NCBI GenBank assembly: GCA_964452875.1
Contig: CAYVNG010000004.1
Span: 1 to 35,876, forward strand
DNA: 35,876 bases
Source of the DNA: an uncultured Candidatus Saccharibacteria bacterium
GTDB taxonomy: Bacteria > Patescibacteriota > Minisyncoccia > Minisyncoccales > CAYVNG01
Direction of reading: 5' to 3'
Shown: positions 11,060 through 19,109 of the stretch, one piece after another
How the letters are laid out: each line of letters starts with the position of its first letter
Position numbering within the stretch: the first letter of the stretch is position 1
The notes under the pieces: model-generated
Databases searched by the model: none
What the model was told of the DNA's origin: nothing
Seen by the model: the letters and a program-made list of their open reading frames with translations, nothing else
Position numbers and translations under genes: made by a program

Positions 11060-11904
11060 TCAACAAGGCCATAATTCCAATCGCCGGATTCGGAACAAGG
11101 TTCCTCCCTTTGAGCAAAGTGATCGCAAAGGAACTCTTTCCCTTGGCGGCAAAGCCAATTTTGCAATACGTGGTCGAAGAGGCTGTATTGTCCGGGATAA
11201 AGGAAGTGGTTTTCGTGACAAAGCCCGGCCCTTGCCCCTCATTCGAATATTTCAAGGAATCGAAAAAACTCGAAGAGTTCCTGAAAAAGAAAAGGAAGAC
11301 CGACATCCTGGAAGAGATGAAGTCCTTTGACCGGTTTTTCAAAAAGGTTTCCTTTTCAAGGGCCTATCAAGAAAAAGCTCTCGGAGACGGCCATGCGGTA
11401 CTGGCAGCCAAAAAGTTCGTGGAAAAAGGCCCCTTCGCCGTCCTTTTCTGCGACGACGTGGTGGAATCAAAGGAACCCTGCCTTTCCCAGCTAAATCAGG
11501 TCTTCAAGAAATACAGGAAGCCTGTCGTCGCCCTTTGCCCTGTTTCGAAGGAAAAATCGTCCTCTTACGGCATGGTAAGGGTTGAAAAAATAGGGAAAAT
11601 GTTGTATGAGATAAAGGGTATTGAAGAAAAACCCTCTCCGCAAGATTCACCCTCGAACCTGGCCGTCGTGGGGAAATATGTTTTGACTCCGGAAATATTC
11701 CCCTATTTGGAAAAGCCGATATTGGCCAAAGGGGAGATAAGGATAGCTGGAGCCCTGTCCCAGATGATAGAATCCGGGGAAAAGATCCTCGGCCTTCAGC
11801 TTGAGGGGAAGTGGCTCGAATGCGGAGACAAAAAAAGCTATCTCCAATCCGACGTTTATCTCTCCTCAAAGAACCTTGCTTCCAGAAAAAGAATGGAAAA
11901 ATAG
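11056..11904 (+). CDS. galU: UTP--glucose-1-phosphate uridylyltransferase (GalU family)
   Basis: KAIIPIAGFGTRFLPLSK..KELFP, QEKALGDGHAVL, EEKPS..SNLAVVGKYVLTPEIF. Confidence 0.88.
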   Translation: MINKAIIPIAGFGTRFLPLSKVIAKELFPLAAKPILQYVVEEAVLSGIKEVVFVTKPGPCPSFEYFKESKKLEEFLKKKRKTDILEEMKSFDRFFKKVSFSRAYQEKALGDGHAVLAAKKFVEKGPFAVLFCDDVVESKEPCLSQLNQVFKKYRKPVVALCPVSKEKSSSYGMVRVEKIGKMLYEIKGIEEKPSPQDSPSNLAVVGKYVLTPEIFPYLEKPILAKGEIRIAGALSQMIESGEKILGLQLEGKWLECGDKKSYLQSDVYLSSKNLASRKRMEK

Positions 11905-11987
11905 GCGGGCGTGGTGGAACGGCAGACACCTTGGTTTCAGGAACCAAGGGGCGCAAGCCCGTGAGAGTTCGATTCTCTCCGCCCGCA
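11905..11987 (+). tRNA. tRNA-Leu (anticodon CAG); CCA not encoded
   Basis: Acceptor GCGGGCG/CGCCCGC+A; anticodon arm TTGGT-TTCAGGA-ACCAA; long variable arm GGGC-GCAA-GCCC; T arm GAGAG-TTCGATT-CTCTC. Confidence 0.96.
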
Positions 11988-12049
11988 CATTCGAATTATT
12001 AACCTTTCCTGTATATCGCCGTTTTGGGATATAGGGAAAAAGTCTCTCA

Positions 12050-13750
12050 ATGAAAAAAGCAAATATGCCAGCGCAGCAGAAATCCCTGCAGATCATCCCT
12101 CTGGGAGGGTTAGGCGAGGTCGGAAGAAACATGATGCTCCTTGAGTACGAAGACAATGTGCTCATCATCGATGCAGGAGTCGGGTTTCCCCAAGAGGATA
12201 TGCCCGGGGTCGATTTCATCATCCCGAGCATAGATTATCTGAAAAAAGGCGGAAAGCTGCAGAAAAAGATCCTAGGCCTGGTCATCACCCACGGCCATTA
12301 CGACCATATAGGGGCCATCCCCTACCTTCTGGGGAAAATAGGCAATCCTCACGTCTTCGCCTCTCCTTTGACCAAAGCCATCATATTGAGAAGGCAGGAG
12401 GATTTCCCGAACCAGCCCAAGCTCAACATCAGCATCGTGAACCCCAAGGACAAGATAGAGCTCGGCCCTTTCAAGCTTGAATTCTTCGCCCAGGTCCACA
12501 ATATTCCGGATACCCTGGGAATATTCATTTCCACCCCAGTGGGGAACATAGTTCACACCGGGGACTTCAAATTCGACCAGAATCCGATTTATTCGCCTCC
12601 CACCGACTTTGCCTCCCTGGAAGAAATGGGGAAAAGAAACGTGTCGCTTCTGATGTCGGACTCTACCGGAGCAGAGGAATTCGGCCATTCCTTTTCAGAA
12701 GAGGTGATCATGAAAAACCTAGAGGAGATATTCAAAAACGCCAAAGGAAGGATCATCGCCGCGACCTTCAGCTCTCTTATAAACAGGGTCCAGCAGATAA
12801 TCGCCCTGTCTGAAAAATACGGAAGGAAAGTGGCTATCGACGGCTACAGCATGAGGACGAACGTGGAAATATCGAAAAAACTCGGATACATCAAATCCCA
12901 GAAAAACACGCTGATAAAGCCGGCTCAGATCGCAGATTTGCCCGACCAAAAGGTAACGTTTCTCGGCACCGGAGCCCAGGGAGAAGAGTCGGCTGTACTG
13001 ATGAGGATCGTCAACAGAGAACACAGATTCATAAGGATCAAAAAGGGAGATTCAATCATCTTTTCCTCGTCGGTCATTCCCGGAAACGAAAGGACGGTCC
13101 AGGTCTTGAAAGACGAGCTCTACAGACAAGGGGCAAAGGTCTTCCATTACAAAATGATGGATATCCATGCCGGAGGGCACGCCCAGAGGGACGAGCTGAA
13201 AAGGATGATAGAGATAATAAGGCCGAAATTCTTCATGCCCATTCACGGGCAGTTTTCCATGCTTTTCAACCACGCTGAAGTGGCCGAATCCTGCGGACTC
13301 CCCAAAGAGAACGTGATAGTGGCCGAAAACGGTCAGATTATAATCCTCGGCCAGAAAAGCATATCTTTGAGCAAGAGAACAGTGGAGTCAAATCTGGTCA
13401 TGGTTGACGGCCTGGGAGTGGGAGACGTCGGAGAAGTGGTGCTGCGAGACAGGCAGAACCTGTCCAAGGACGGGATGTTCGTGGTGATAGTGGTGGTGGA
13501 CAGAATGACCGGAAAAGTGAGGAACTCCCCGGACATAATATCAAGGGGATTCGTGTATTTGAAGGAATCAAAGGAGCTTTTGTACAACACGCGGAAAAGG
13601 GTGGTCGGCATAGTGGAAAAGGCGGCCGGAAGCGGAGGGGCGGTAAACTGGATCTACGTCAAGGACGAAATACGAAACAAAGTCGGAGATTTCCTCTACG
13701 CCAAGACCGAACGAAGGCCGATGATCCTTCCGGTGGTCATAGAAGTGTAG
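12050..13750 (+). CDS. rnj: Ribonuclease J
   Basis: PLGGLGEVGRNM, THGHYDHIG metallo-beta-lactamase motif, HTGDFKFD, GAQGE, IHAGGH, RRPMILPVVIEV. Confidence 0.97.
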   Translation: MKKANMPAQQKSLQIIPLGGLGEVGRNMMLLEYEDNVLIIDAGVGFPQEDMPGVDFIIPSIDYLKKGGKLQKKILGLVITHGHYDHIGAIPYLLGKIGNPHVFASPLTKAIILRRQEDFPNQPKLNISIVNPKDKIELGPFKLEFFAQVHNIPDTLGIFISTPVGNIVHTGDFKFDQNPIYSPPTDFASLEEMGKRNVSLLMSDSTGAEEFGHSFSEEVIMKNLEEIFKNAKGRIIAATFSSLINRVQQIIALSEKYGRKVAIDGYSMRTNVEISKKLGYIKSQKNTLIKPAQIADLPDQKVTFLGTGAQGEESAVLMRIVNREHRFIRIKKGDSIIFSSSVIPGNERTVQVLKDELYRQGAKVFHYKMMDIHAGGHAQRDELKRMIEIIRPKFFMPIHGQFSMLFNHAEVAESCGLPKENVIVAENGQIIILGQKSISLSKRTVESNLVMVDGLGVGDVGEVVLRDRQNLSKDGMFVVIVVVDRMTGKVRNSPDIISRGFVYLKESKELLYNTRKRVVGIVEKAAGSGGAVNWIYVKDEIRNKVGDFLYAKTERRPMILPVVIEV

Positions 13751-13775
13751 AATATTTAATGGTAATATATAGGCA

Positions 13776-14753
13776 ATGAGAGTCTTAAGCGGCATACAGC
13801 CGACCGGAGAGCTGCACATAGGGAACTACTTCGGGATGATAAAGCAGTCTTTGGAGCTCCAGGAAAAAGCGGAGTGCGTTTTTCCGATCGTCGATTTGCA
13901 CGCCATCGCCTCCCCTTATTCCCCGGATGTTTTTCCTAAAACCGTCCTGGAAACCGCCATCGCCTATCTGGCAGCCGGATTCGATCCCGAAAAATCAATC
14001 ATCTACGTTCAATCCCAGATCAGGGAACATACCGAGCTGTGCTGGCTTCTGGGGACTATAACCCCCATAGGAGAGCTGTCCAGGATGATCCAGTATAAAG
14101 AGAAGTCCAAGCAGTTCAAGAACAGCGTCAACGCAGGGCTCTTGAACTACCCGATACTGATGGCTGCCGACATCCTCCTTTTCAAGACCGACGTCGTGCC
14201 GGTCGGAAAGGACCAGCAGCAGCACATAGAGCTCGCCCAGAGCATAGTGAAAAAATTCAACCAAAAATTCGGGGAGGTATTTAAAGAGCCCAGAGCCCAG
14301 ATGCCGAAAATGGGAGCGAAGATAATGTCGCTTTCCGATCCGAAAAAGAAGATGTCGAAATCCTTGGGGCCTCAGTCATACCTTTCCCTTTTCGACCCTC
14401 CCGAAACTGTTGAGAAGAAGATAATGTCGGCCGTCACCGACCTTGGGAAAACAGTGAAATACGACCCTGAAAAAAAGCCGGGGATCTCCAATCTCCTGAC
14501 TATTTACAGTCTTTTTTCAGGAAAATCCGTCCAGGAAACGGAAAAAAGATTCAAAGACAAGGGATACGCCCAGTTCAAAAAATCGCTGGCCCAATTGGCT
14601 GTAGAGAAGCTGGAGCCCTTCCGCAGGAAGAAAAAGGAATTTTCATCAAGGGAAGTTTACGTGAAAGAAGTGCTGGAACAGGGAAGGAAAAGAGCCGAGT
14701 CCATAGCTGCCTCCACCATGGAAGAGGTGAGACAGAAAATGGGATTGAGATAA
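13776..14753 (+). CDS. trpS: Tryptophan--tRNA ligase
   Basis: SGIQPTGELHIGNY (HIGH), YPILMAADILL, VPVGKDQQQH, KMSKS. Confidence 0.98.
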   Translation: MRVLSGIQPTGELHIGNYFGMIKQSLELQEKAECVFPIVDLHAIASPYSPDVFPKTVLETAIAYLAAGFDPEKSIIYVQSQIREHTELCWLLGTITPIGELSRMIQYKEKSKQFKNSVNAGLLNYPILMAADILLFKTDVVPVGKDQQQHIELAQSIVKKFNQKFGEVFKEPRAQMPKMGAKIMSLSDPKKKMSKSLGPQSYLSLFDPPETVEKKIMSAVTDLGKTVKYDPEKKPGISNLLTIYSLFSGKSVQETEKRFKDKGYAQFKKSLAQLAVEKLEPFRRKKKEFSSREVYVKEVLEQGRKRAESIAASTMEEVRQKMGLR

Positions 14754-14754
14754 A

Positions 14755-15132
14755 ATGGGCCTTAAAATCGATTTCAAAAGGCTGAAAGACTCCTTTAAAT
14801 TTGCCTTCAAGGGGTTGAAGACGGTCTTTAAAGAAGAGCAGTGTTTCAGAATAGAATTGGCAGCTACGGTTTTTGTTTCAATCGCAGCTTTTTGCTTTCC
14901 TCTCAGCCCGGCTGAAAGATACGCCGTTTTCATACTGATACTCCTGGTTTTAGCTTCCGAGATTTTGAACTCCATAATCGAAAGAATAATGGACGTCGTC
15001 CATCCTTCCTTTGACGGAAAGGTGGAAAAAATAAAAGACATAAGCTCGGCTTTGGTCCTCATTCTTTCCATAGCGGCGGCGGCAATAGGCTTGCTCATTT
15101 TCCTCCCTTACTTGACAGATGTTTTAGCATAA
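14755..15132 (+). CDS. dgkA: DgkA-family diacylglycerol/undecaprenol kinase
   Basis: SFKFAFKGL..EEQCFRI, EILNSIIERIMD, KIKDISSALV; 3 TM. Confidence 0.9.
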   Translation: MGLKIDFKRLKDSFKFAFKGLKTVFKEEQCFRIELAATVFVSIAAFCFPLSPAERYAVFILILLVLASEILNSIIERIMDVVHPSFDGKVEKIKDISSALVLILSIAAAAIGLLIFLPYLTDVLA

Positions 15133-15162
15133 GGTATCAGCAAGATATAAGGAGGTGACACG

Positions 15163-15399
15163 TTGGACGAAAAAGACAAGCAGGCGGTCAAGAACGCTTC
15201 CAGGATAAAGAAGATCCGCGCCAGGATGGGCTTCCATCCGTTCCTCGGATACGATTTGAAATCCGGATGGTCGGAAAAGATGAAAATGTATCTCCTTTGG
15301 TGCAAGGATTGCGAACAGTATGTCTGCAATTACAAGCACGGCCATCTGGGATATCTGCCTTGTCCGGAATGCCAAATCAAAAACCTCCTTGGGACTTAA
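15163..15399 (+). CDS. Small hypothetical Cys/His-rich (zinc-ribbon-like) protein
   Basis: TTG start behind a perfect SD TAAGGAGGTGA (15148-15158); CKDC-x4-C-x3-HGH-x5-CPEC; followed by a terminator. Confidence 0.8.
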   Translation: MDEKDKQAVKNASRIKKIRARMGFHPFLGYDLKSGWSEKMKMYLLWCKDCEQYVCNYKHGHLGYLPCPECQIKNLLGT

Positions 15400-15416
15400 C
15401 CAGGGAGGTTCTTTTA
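15379..15416. terminator. Probable bidirectional terminator between the small ORF and pmm
   Basis: AACCTCCTTGG (15382-15392) pairs with CCAGGGAGGTT (15400-15410); A-run before and T-run after. Confidence 0.7.
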
Positions 15417-16781
15417 TTATCCGCAGATCAGCTTTTCCAACTCCTTTTTCTTTTCTTCAAGCAGGCTTTTTCTGTCAGCTTCAATGACAAGCCTTAAGAA
15501 CGGCTCCGTATTCGAAGGCCTGGCGCTGAACCACCAGTCCTTGAAATCGCACCTTATCCCGTCTATGCTGCAGAGTTTCCCTTCCTTGCACTTCTTTGCC
15601 ATCGCCTTCAAGGCTCTTTCCTTGTCTTTGACCTTGAAGTTCATTTCCCCGGAATGGAAGTATCTCTCAAACGGCTTTATTGCTTCAGACAAAGTTTTCT
15701 TTTCCTCAAAAAGGTATTTTATCACCTTTCCCAGAACCAAAAGCGGGCATTCAGCGAAAAAATGATCTCGATGGTAATAGTGGCCGGAAAGTTCGCCGGC
15801 GAACATTATCCCCTGCTGCCTCATGCTCTTTTTAATGAAAGTGTGCCCCACTTTTCCCATAACAGGGACTCCCTTGTTTGCTTTGACCGTCTCTTTCACT
15901 ATGTTGCTGGAGCGGATGTCAAAAAGCACCTTCTGGCCAGGATTCTCCTTCAAAAGGATCTGGGATACTAAAGAAGAAATGAGGTCGGCTGGGATGACTT
16001 TTCCTTTCTCGTCAGCGAACATGATCCTGTCGCCGTCCCCGTCGAAAGCGACTCCCAGATCCGCTTTCTTTCTTTTCACTTCCTTGCAAAGGGCAGCCAT
16101 ATTCCCCTTGGCCAAAGGATCTGGATCATGGTTCGGAAAACCCCCGTCGAGCTTCTTGAAAATATATGTTGTTTTGCATCGGATTCTCTTTAGGAATTCA
16201 GGAACCACTTTGCCAGGGACTGCGTTGACTGTATCCACGACTATCTTTAAAGAAGACCCCTTTCTGAAATTCAAGCCTTTAAGGTTGAAATCGACGTATT
16301 TTTGGATAGGATTGATTTTTTTGATGATCCCTCTTTTTCGGGAAGCGGTAACGCTTCCTTTCTTCACTTTTTCCATGATGTTTTTCAAATCCATGAGTCC
16401 TGAATCCTTGGATACTGGAACAGCCTTGGCTCTGACTATTTTGAAGCCGTTGTATCTGCCGGGATTGTGGCTGGCCGTTATCTGTATCCCTCCGTCGAAT
16501 CTAGAATCCGCCACGACAAAATACATAAGAGGGGTAGTGGACAATCCTATATCTATGACGTTGGCACCAGATTCCCTGATTCCTTTCACCAGGCTTTTTT
16601 TCAGGCTTTTGGAAGAAAGGCGGTTGTCCATTCCGACAACTATATTCGGCTTCTTTTTCCCTCTCTTGAAGAGGAAAATGGGAAAAGCCCTGCCTAAAAG
16701 ATAGGCGGTTTCTTCCGAAAGCTCTGCAGGATAAACCCCCCTGATGTCGTAAGCCCTGAAAATCCCAGGATGTGTTCCCAT
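15417..16781 (-). CDS. Phosphomannomutase/phosphoglucomutase
   Basis: FRAYDIRG, ITASHNP (phospho-Ser), FDGDGDR (metal loop), GELSGH, RPSNTEP. Confidence 0.96.
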   Translation of the reverse strand: MGTHPGIFRAYDIRGVYPAELSEETAYLLGRAFPIFLFKRGKKKPNIVVGMDNRLSSKSLKKSLVKGIRESGANVIDIGLSTTPLMYFVVADSRFDGGIQITASHNPGRYNGFKIVRAKAVPVSKDSGLMDLKNIMEKVKKGSVTASRKRGIIKKINPIQKYVDFNLKGLNFRKGSSLKIVVDTVNAVPGKVVPEFLKRIRCKTTYIFKKLDGGFPNHDPDPLAKGNMAALCKEVKRKKADLGVAFDGDGDRIMFADEKGKVIPADLISSLVSQILLKENPGQKVLFDIRSSNIVKETVKANKGVPVMGKVGHTFIKKSMRQQGIMFAGELSGHYYHRDHFFAECPLLVLGKVIKYLFEEKKTLSEAIKPFERYFHSGEMNFKVKDKERALKAMAKKCKEGKLCSIDGIRCDFKDWWFSARPSNTEPFLRLVIEADRKSLLEEKKKELEKLICG

Positions 16782-16804
16782 TTTTTTATTTTATACTTTA
16801 ATTT

Positions 16805-17695
16805 CTAAAGTTGAAAGCTGTTAGCTGCCAAATACGGTTCCAATACTCTTTTGTCGTATTCTTCCTGAGTGATGCTGCTATTGGCCAAAAGCTTGCCTAA
16901 ACCCTGGACGTAAAGATCCTGGACAGCAGAAGTGTTAAGCGCTTCTGAATAAATGCGGACTTCGTCGATGAGGCCGCCCCAGTGGTATCCTCCTGCATAT
17001 TTCCCTATGGTCAGGATATTGTTCTGGTGGATGATGGCGGTAGTTTTCAGAGTCGTTCCGATTCTCTCTCCGTTTATGTACAAAGTATTCCCTTGGTATT
17101 GGGCATCTGCGGTCGGATCGTATACTCCTACGAAATGATACCACTCCCCGACCACCAAAGGGCTTCCTGAAGGAGAATCCCCTCCATTGTAAATCCTGAA
17201 AAAAGGCCTGTGGCTCGTATCGGTTTCGCAAGAGTATCCATACCACTTAGTAAGAAACAACTGCCTTACTGAAGCAGAATTCTCCATTTTGATCCAGGCA
17301 GAAACGGTGATCGTCGAAGGCCTCAAACTCTCGCTATCCGCAATCTCTACATAGTCGCTGCTCCCGTTGAAGCTCAGGGCAAAACCGTCAACAGAGCTTC
17401 GGGCATATGCAGCCCCGTCTTCGTATATGGTTCCGCTGTTGCCGTATCCTGAAGCGTCGCAGACATCCTTTCCGCCAGGGCAGGTGTTATATGCGTTTTC
17501 GTTGAAATTGAGGCTTAAAACCGCTTCATGCCCTAAAAGAGCGTTGATTTGATGGTTAAACGGCTGTATTTTGGCTATATCGGCTGAATCCGTGGAGCCT
17601 GACAGGGAAACAGTTATAATGGAAGCTAAAACGCCGATTATGGTTATCACCACCAAAAGCTCCAGTAAGGTGAAAGCTCTGTTATGGTTTCTCAT
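16805..17695 (-). CDS. Type IV prepilin-like protein with LamG/concanavalin-A-like domain and SHOCT-like C-terminus
   Basis: AFTLLELLVVITIIGVLASI; DASGYGNSG, ALSFNGSSDYV, TVSAWIK, GEWYHFVGVY, LYING, GLIDEVRIYSEAL. Confidence 0.9.
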   Translation of the reverse strand: MRNHNRAFTLLELLVVITIIGVLASIITVSLSGSTDSADIAKIQPFNHQINALLGHEAVLSLNFNENAYNTCPGGKDVCDASGYGNSGTIYEDGAAYARSSVDGFALSFNGSSDYVEIADSESLRPSTITVSAWIKMENSASVRQLFLTKWYGYSCETDTSHRPFFRIYNGGDSPSGSPLVVGEWYHFVGVYDPTADAQYQGNTLYINGERIGTTLKTTAIIHQNNILTIGKYAGGYHWGGLIDEVRIYSEALNTSAVQDLYVQGLGKLLANSSITQEEYDKRVLEPYLAANSFQL

Positions 17696-17856
17696 GGATC
17701 AAGGGCTAATGACTTTTTTATTTTCAAAATCTTTTGGTCGTATTCTTTAATTGAAATCAGATTACCAGATAAGAGTCTTTTAAGGCCTTTGACATAGTAT
17801 TCCTGAATCTCTGCCGCCGGAAGAGCCGCAGTATAAATGCGGACTTCGTCGATGAG
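16949..17856. repeat. 24-bp exact direct repeat between the two pilin-LamG genes (16949-16972 and 17833-17856)
   Basis: ATAAATGCGGACTTCGTCGATGAG at both positions. Other shared blocks: 17364-17381/18269-18286 (18 bp exact) and 17622-17655/18521-18554 (33 of 34 bp). Confidence 0.9.
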
Positions 17857-18585
17857 ACCGTTGAATCTGTAGTTAAGGCCGTCCGATGAAGCCCCTATTC
17901 TCGTAGGCGTAGTAAGATTGGAATAGGTTGCCAAGGAATATTGCTTGTTATACTCCCCGTTTATATATATTTTGACAATGCTCCCGTTCCAGGAGGCCAC
18001 CAAATAATTCCATTCCCCTAAATTTGCCTTGACGTTAGTCTGGCCCGCGGCCCAGCCAATGCCCGTCCTGGCCCCGATCGTAGCCGTAAAATAGTCATCC
18101 AGGTCAACGCCCATCCAATAAGAGCTGTTCCCTATGCTGGTATCAGAACTTTGATGCAGAACGCATTCGTAATTGTCCCCGTTCCCCTGTTTTTTAAACC
18201 AAGAAGATATCGTCAGAGAAGAAGGGTTGCTGACGACAATTCCGTCTATTTTCACATAATCGCTGCTTCCGTTGAAGCTCAGGGCATATCCGTTCAGATC
18301 CGAAGTCACATAAGAGGCTCCGGAAATCGTCCCGTGGTTACCGTATCCTGAAGTGTCGCAGACGTCCTTTGACCCGGCGCAGGTATCCTGCGCCCCTTCA
18401 TCAAAATCCCAGACGCCCCTGGCTTCATGTCCCAAAAGGGCATGGACCTGCTGAGCGTATGATTTCCCTTTAGCAATTTCGGCTGAACCAGTGGAGCCGG
18501 ACATGGAAACCACCACGATAGAAGCTAAAATGCCGATTATGGTTATCACCACCAGCAATTCCAAAAGAGTGAAAGCTTTGGACAT
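17692..18585 (-). CDS. Type IV prepilin-like protein with LamG/concanavalin-A-like domain and SHOCT-like C-terminus
   Basis: AFTLLELLVVITIIGILASI; WDFDEG, DTSGYGNHG, ALSFNGSSDYV, TISSWFK, GEWNYLVASW, IYING, FNGLIDEVRIY; 4-nt ATGA overlap with the downstream paralogue. Confidence 0.9.
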   Translation of the reverse strand: MSKAFTLLELLVVITIIGILASIVVVSMSGSTGSAEIAKGKSYAQQVHALLGHEARGVWDFDEGAQDTCAGSKDVCDTSGYGNHGTISGASYVTSDLNGYALSFNGSSDYVKIDGIVVSNPSSLTISSWFKKQGNGDNYECVLHQSSDTSIGNSSYWMGVDLDDYFTATIGARTGIGWAAGQTNVKANLGEWNYLVASWNGSIVKIYINGEYNKQYSLATYSNLTTPTRIGASSDGLNYRFNGLIDEVRIYTAALPAAEIQEYYVKGLKRLLSGNLISIKEYDQKILKIKKSLALDP

Positions 18586-18604
18586 TTTCTTTATCTGATT
18601 GTAT

Positions 18605-18633
18605 CAAAAAATCGCCTTAAGGGCGATTTTTTG
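18605..18633. terminator. Symmetric intrinsic terminator after mscL
   Basis: CAAAAAATCGCC-TTAAG-GGCGATTTTTTG. Confidence 0.85.
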
Positions 18634-18651
18634 TCGGCTGATGTTTTATCC

Positions 18652-18951
18652 TTATTCTTTCTTGTCCAGCTTATCTAATTTCAGCCATTTGACTCCGAAA
18701 TAAACGACTAGGGCGATTACGATGAAATCAATGAAAACGCCTAGAAAATCGCCCCACAGTATTCTTGCCTCGCCTACGGCCAGGCTGGCATCCGCCAGAC
18801 TTTCAACTTTGCCGAGAAAAATTCCCAGGATCGGGTTTATAATGTCCCCGACCAAAGCCGATACCAGTTTGGAAACGGCTCCTCCTAGAATGAAGCCGAC
18901 GGCCAAACCAACGACCCCCTGTTTTCTTATGAAATCTAGAAAACTCTTCAT
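18652..18951 (-). CDS. mscL: Large-conductance mechanosensitive channel, short form
   Basis: FLDFIRKQGVVGLAVGFILGGAVSKLVSALVGDIINPIL; WGDFLGVFIDFIVIALVVYF; no long C-terminal helix. Confidence 0.92.
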   Translation of the reverse strand: MKSFLDFIRKQGVVGLAVGFILGGAVSKLVSALVGDIINPILGIFLGKVESLADASLAVGEARILWGDFLGVFIDFIVIALVVYFGVKWLKLDKLDKKE

Positions 18952-18987
18952 GTTTTTATTTTTCAGTTAATTTTCAACCTTTTTATT

Positions 18988-19074
18988 ATTCTATTTTGGC
19001 TGCCAAAATCATGCAAGCTGAAAATTGAAGGAAATATTTCAAACCTTGACCGCACGTTTTTCATTTGCTACAAT
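18988..19074. promoter_or_regulatory. Divergent sigma70-type promoters for mscL (-) and rpsF (+)
   Basis: Minus: TTGCAT (19016-19011)-17-TAGAAT (18993-18988). Plus: TTGACC (19046-19051)-17-TACAAT (19069-19074) with TGn extension. Confidence 0.7.
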
Positions 19075-19109
19075 ATCCTCAGCTTATTCATCCCCTAAAA
19101 AACATAACC

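Noticed and set aside
11905-11987. tRNA-Leu as an integration site
   Set aside because: No integrase, no duplicated tRNA 3' end seen, and core genes lie on both sides.
13751-13775. T-box riboswitch upstream of trpS
   Set aside because: The gap is only 25 nt and has no T-box sequence.
16805-18585. Diversity-generating retroelement acting on the pilin-LamG genes
   Set aside because: No reverse transcriptase and no template/variable repeat pair with adenine-specific mismatches in the window. The shared blocks are short and lie inside coding regions.
19075-19109. S6:S18 leader RNA upstream of rpsF
   Set aside because: The leader is only about 30 nt. It has a CCCC run but no supporting hairpin or SD-pairing helix.
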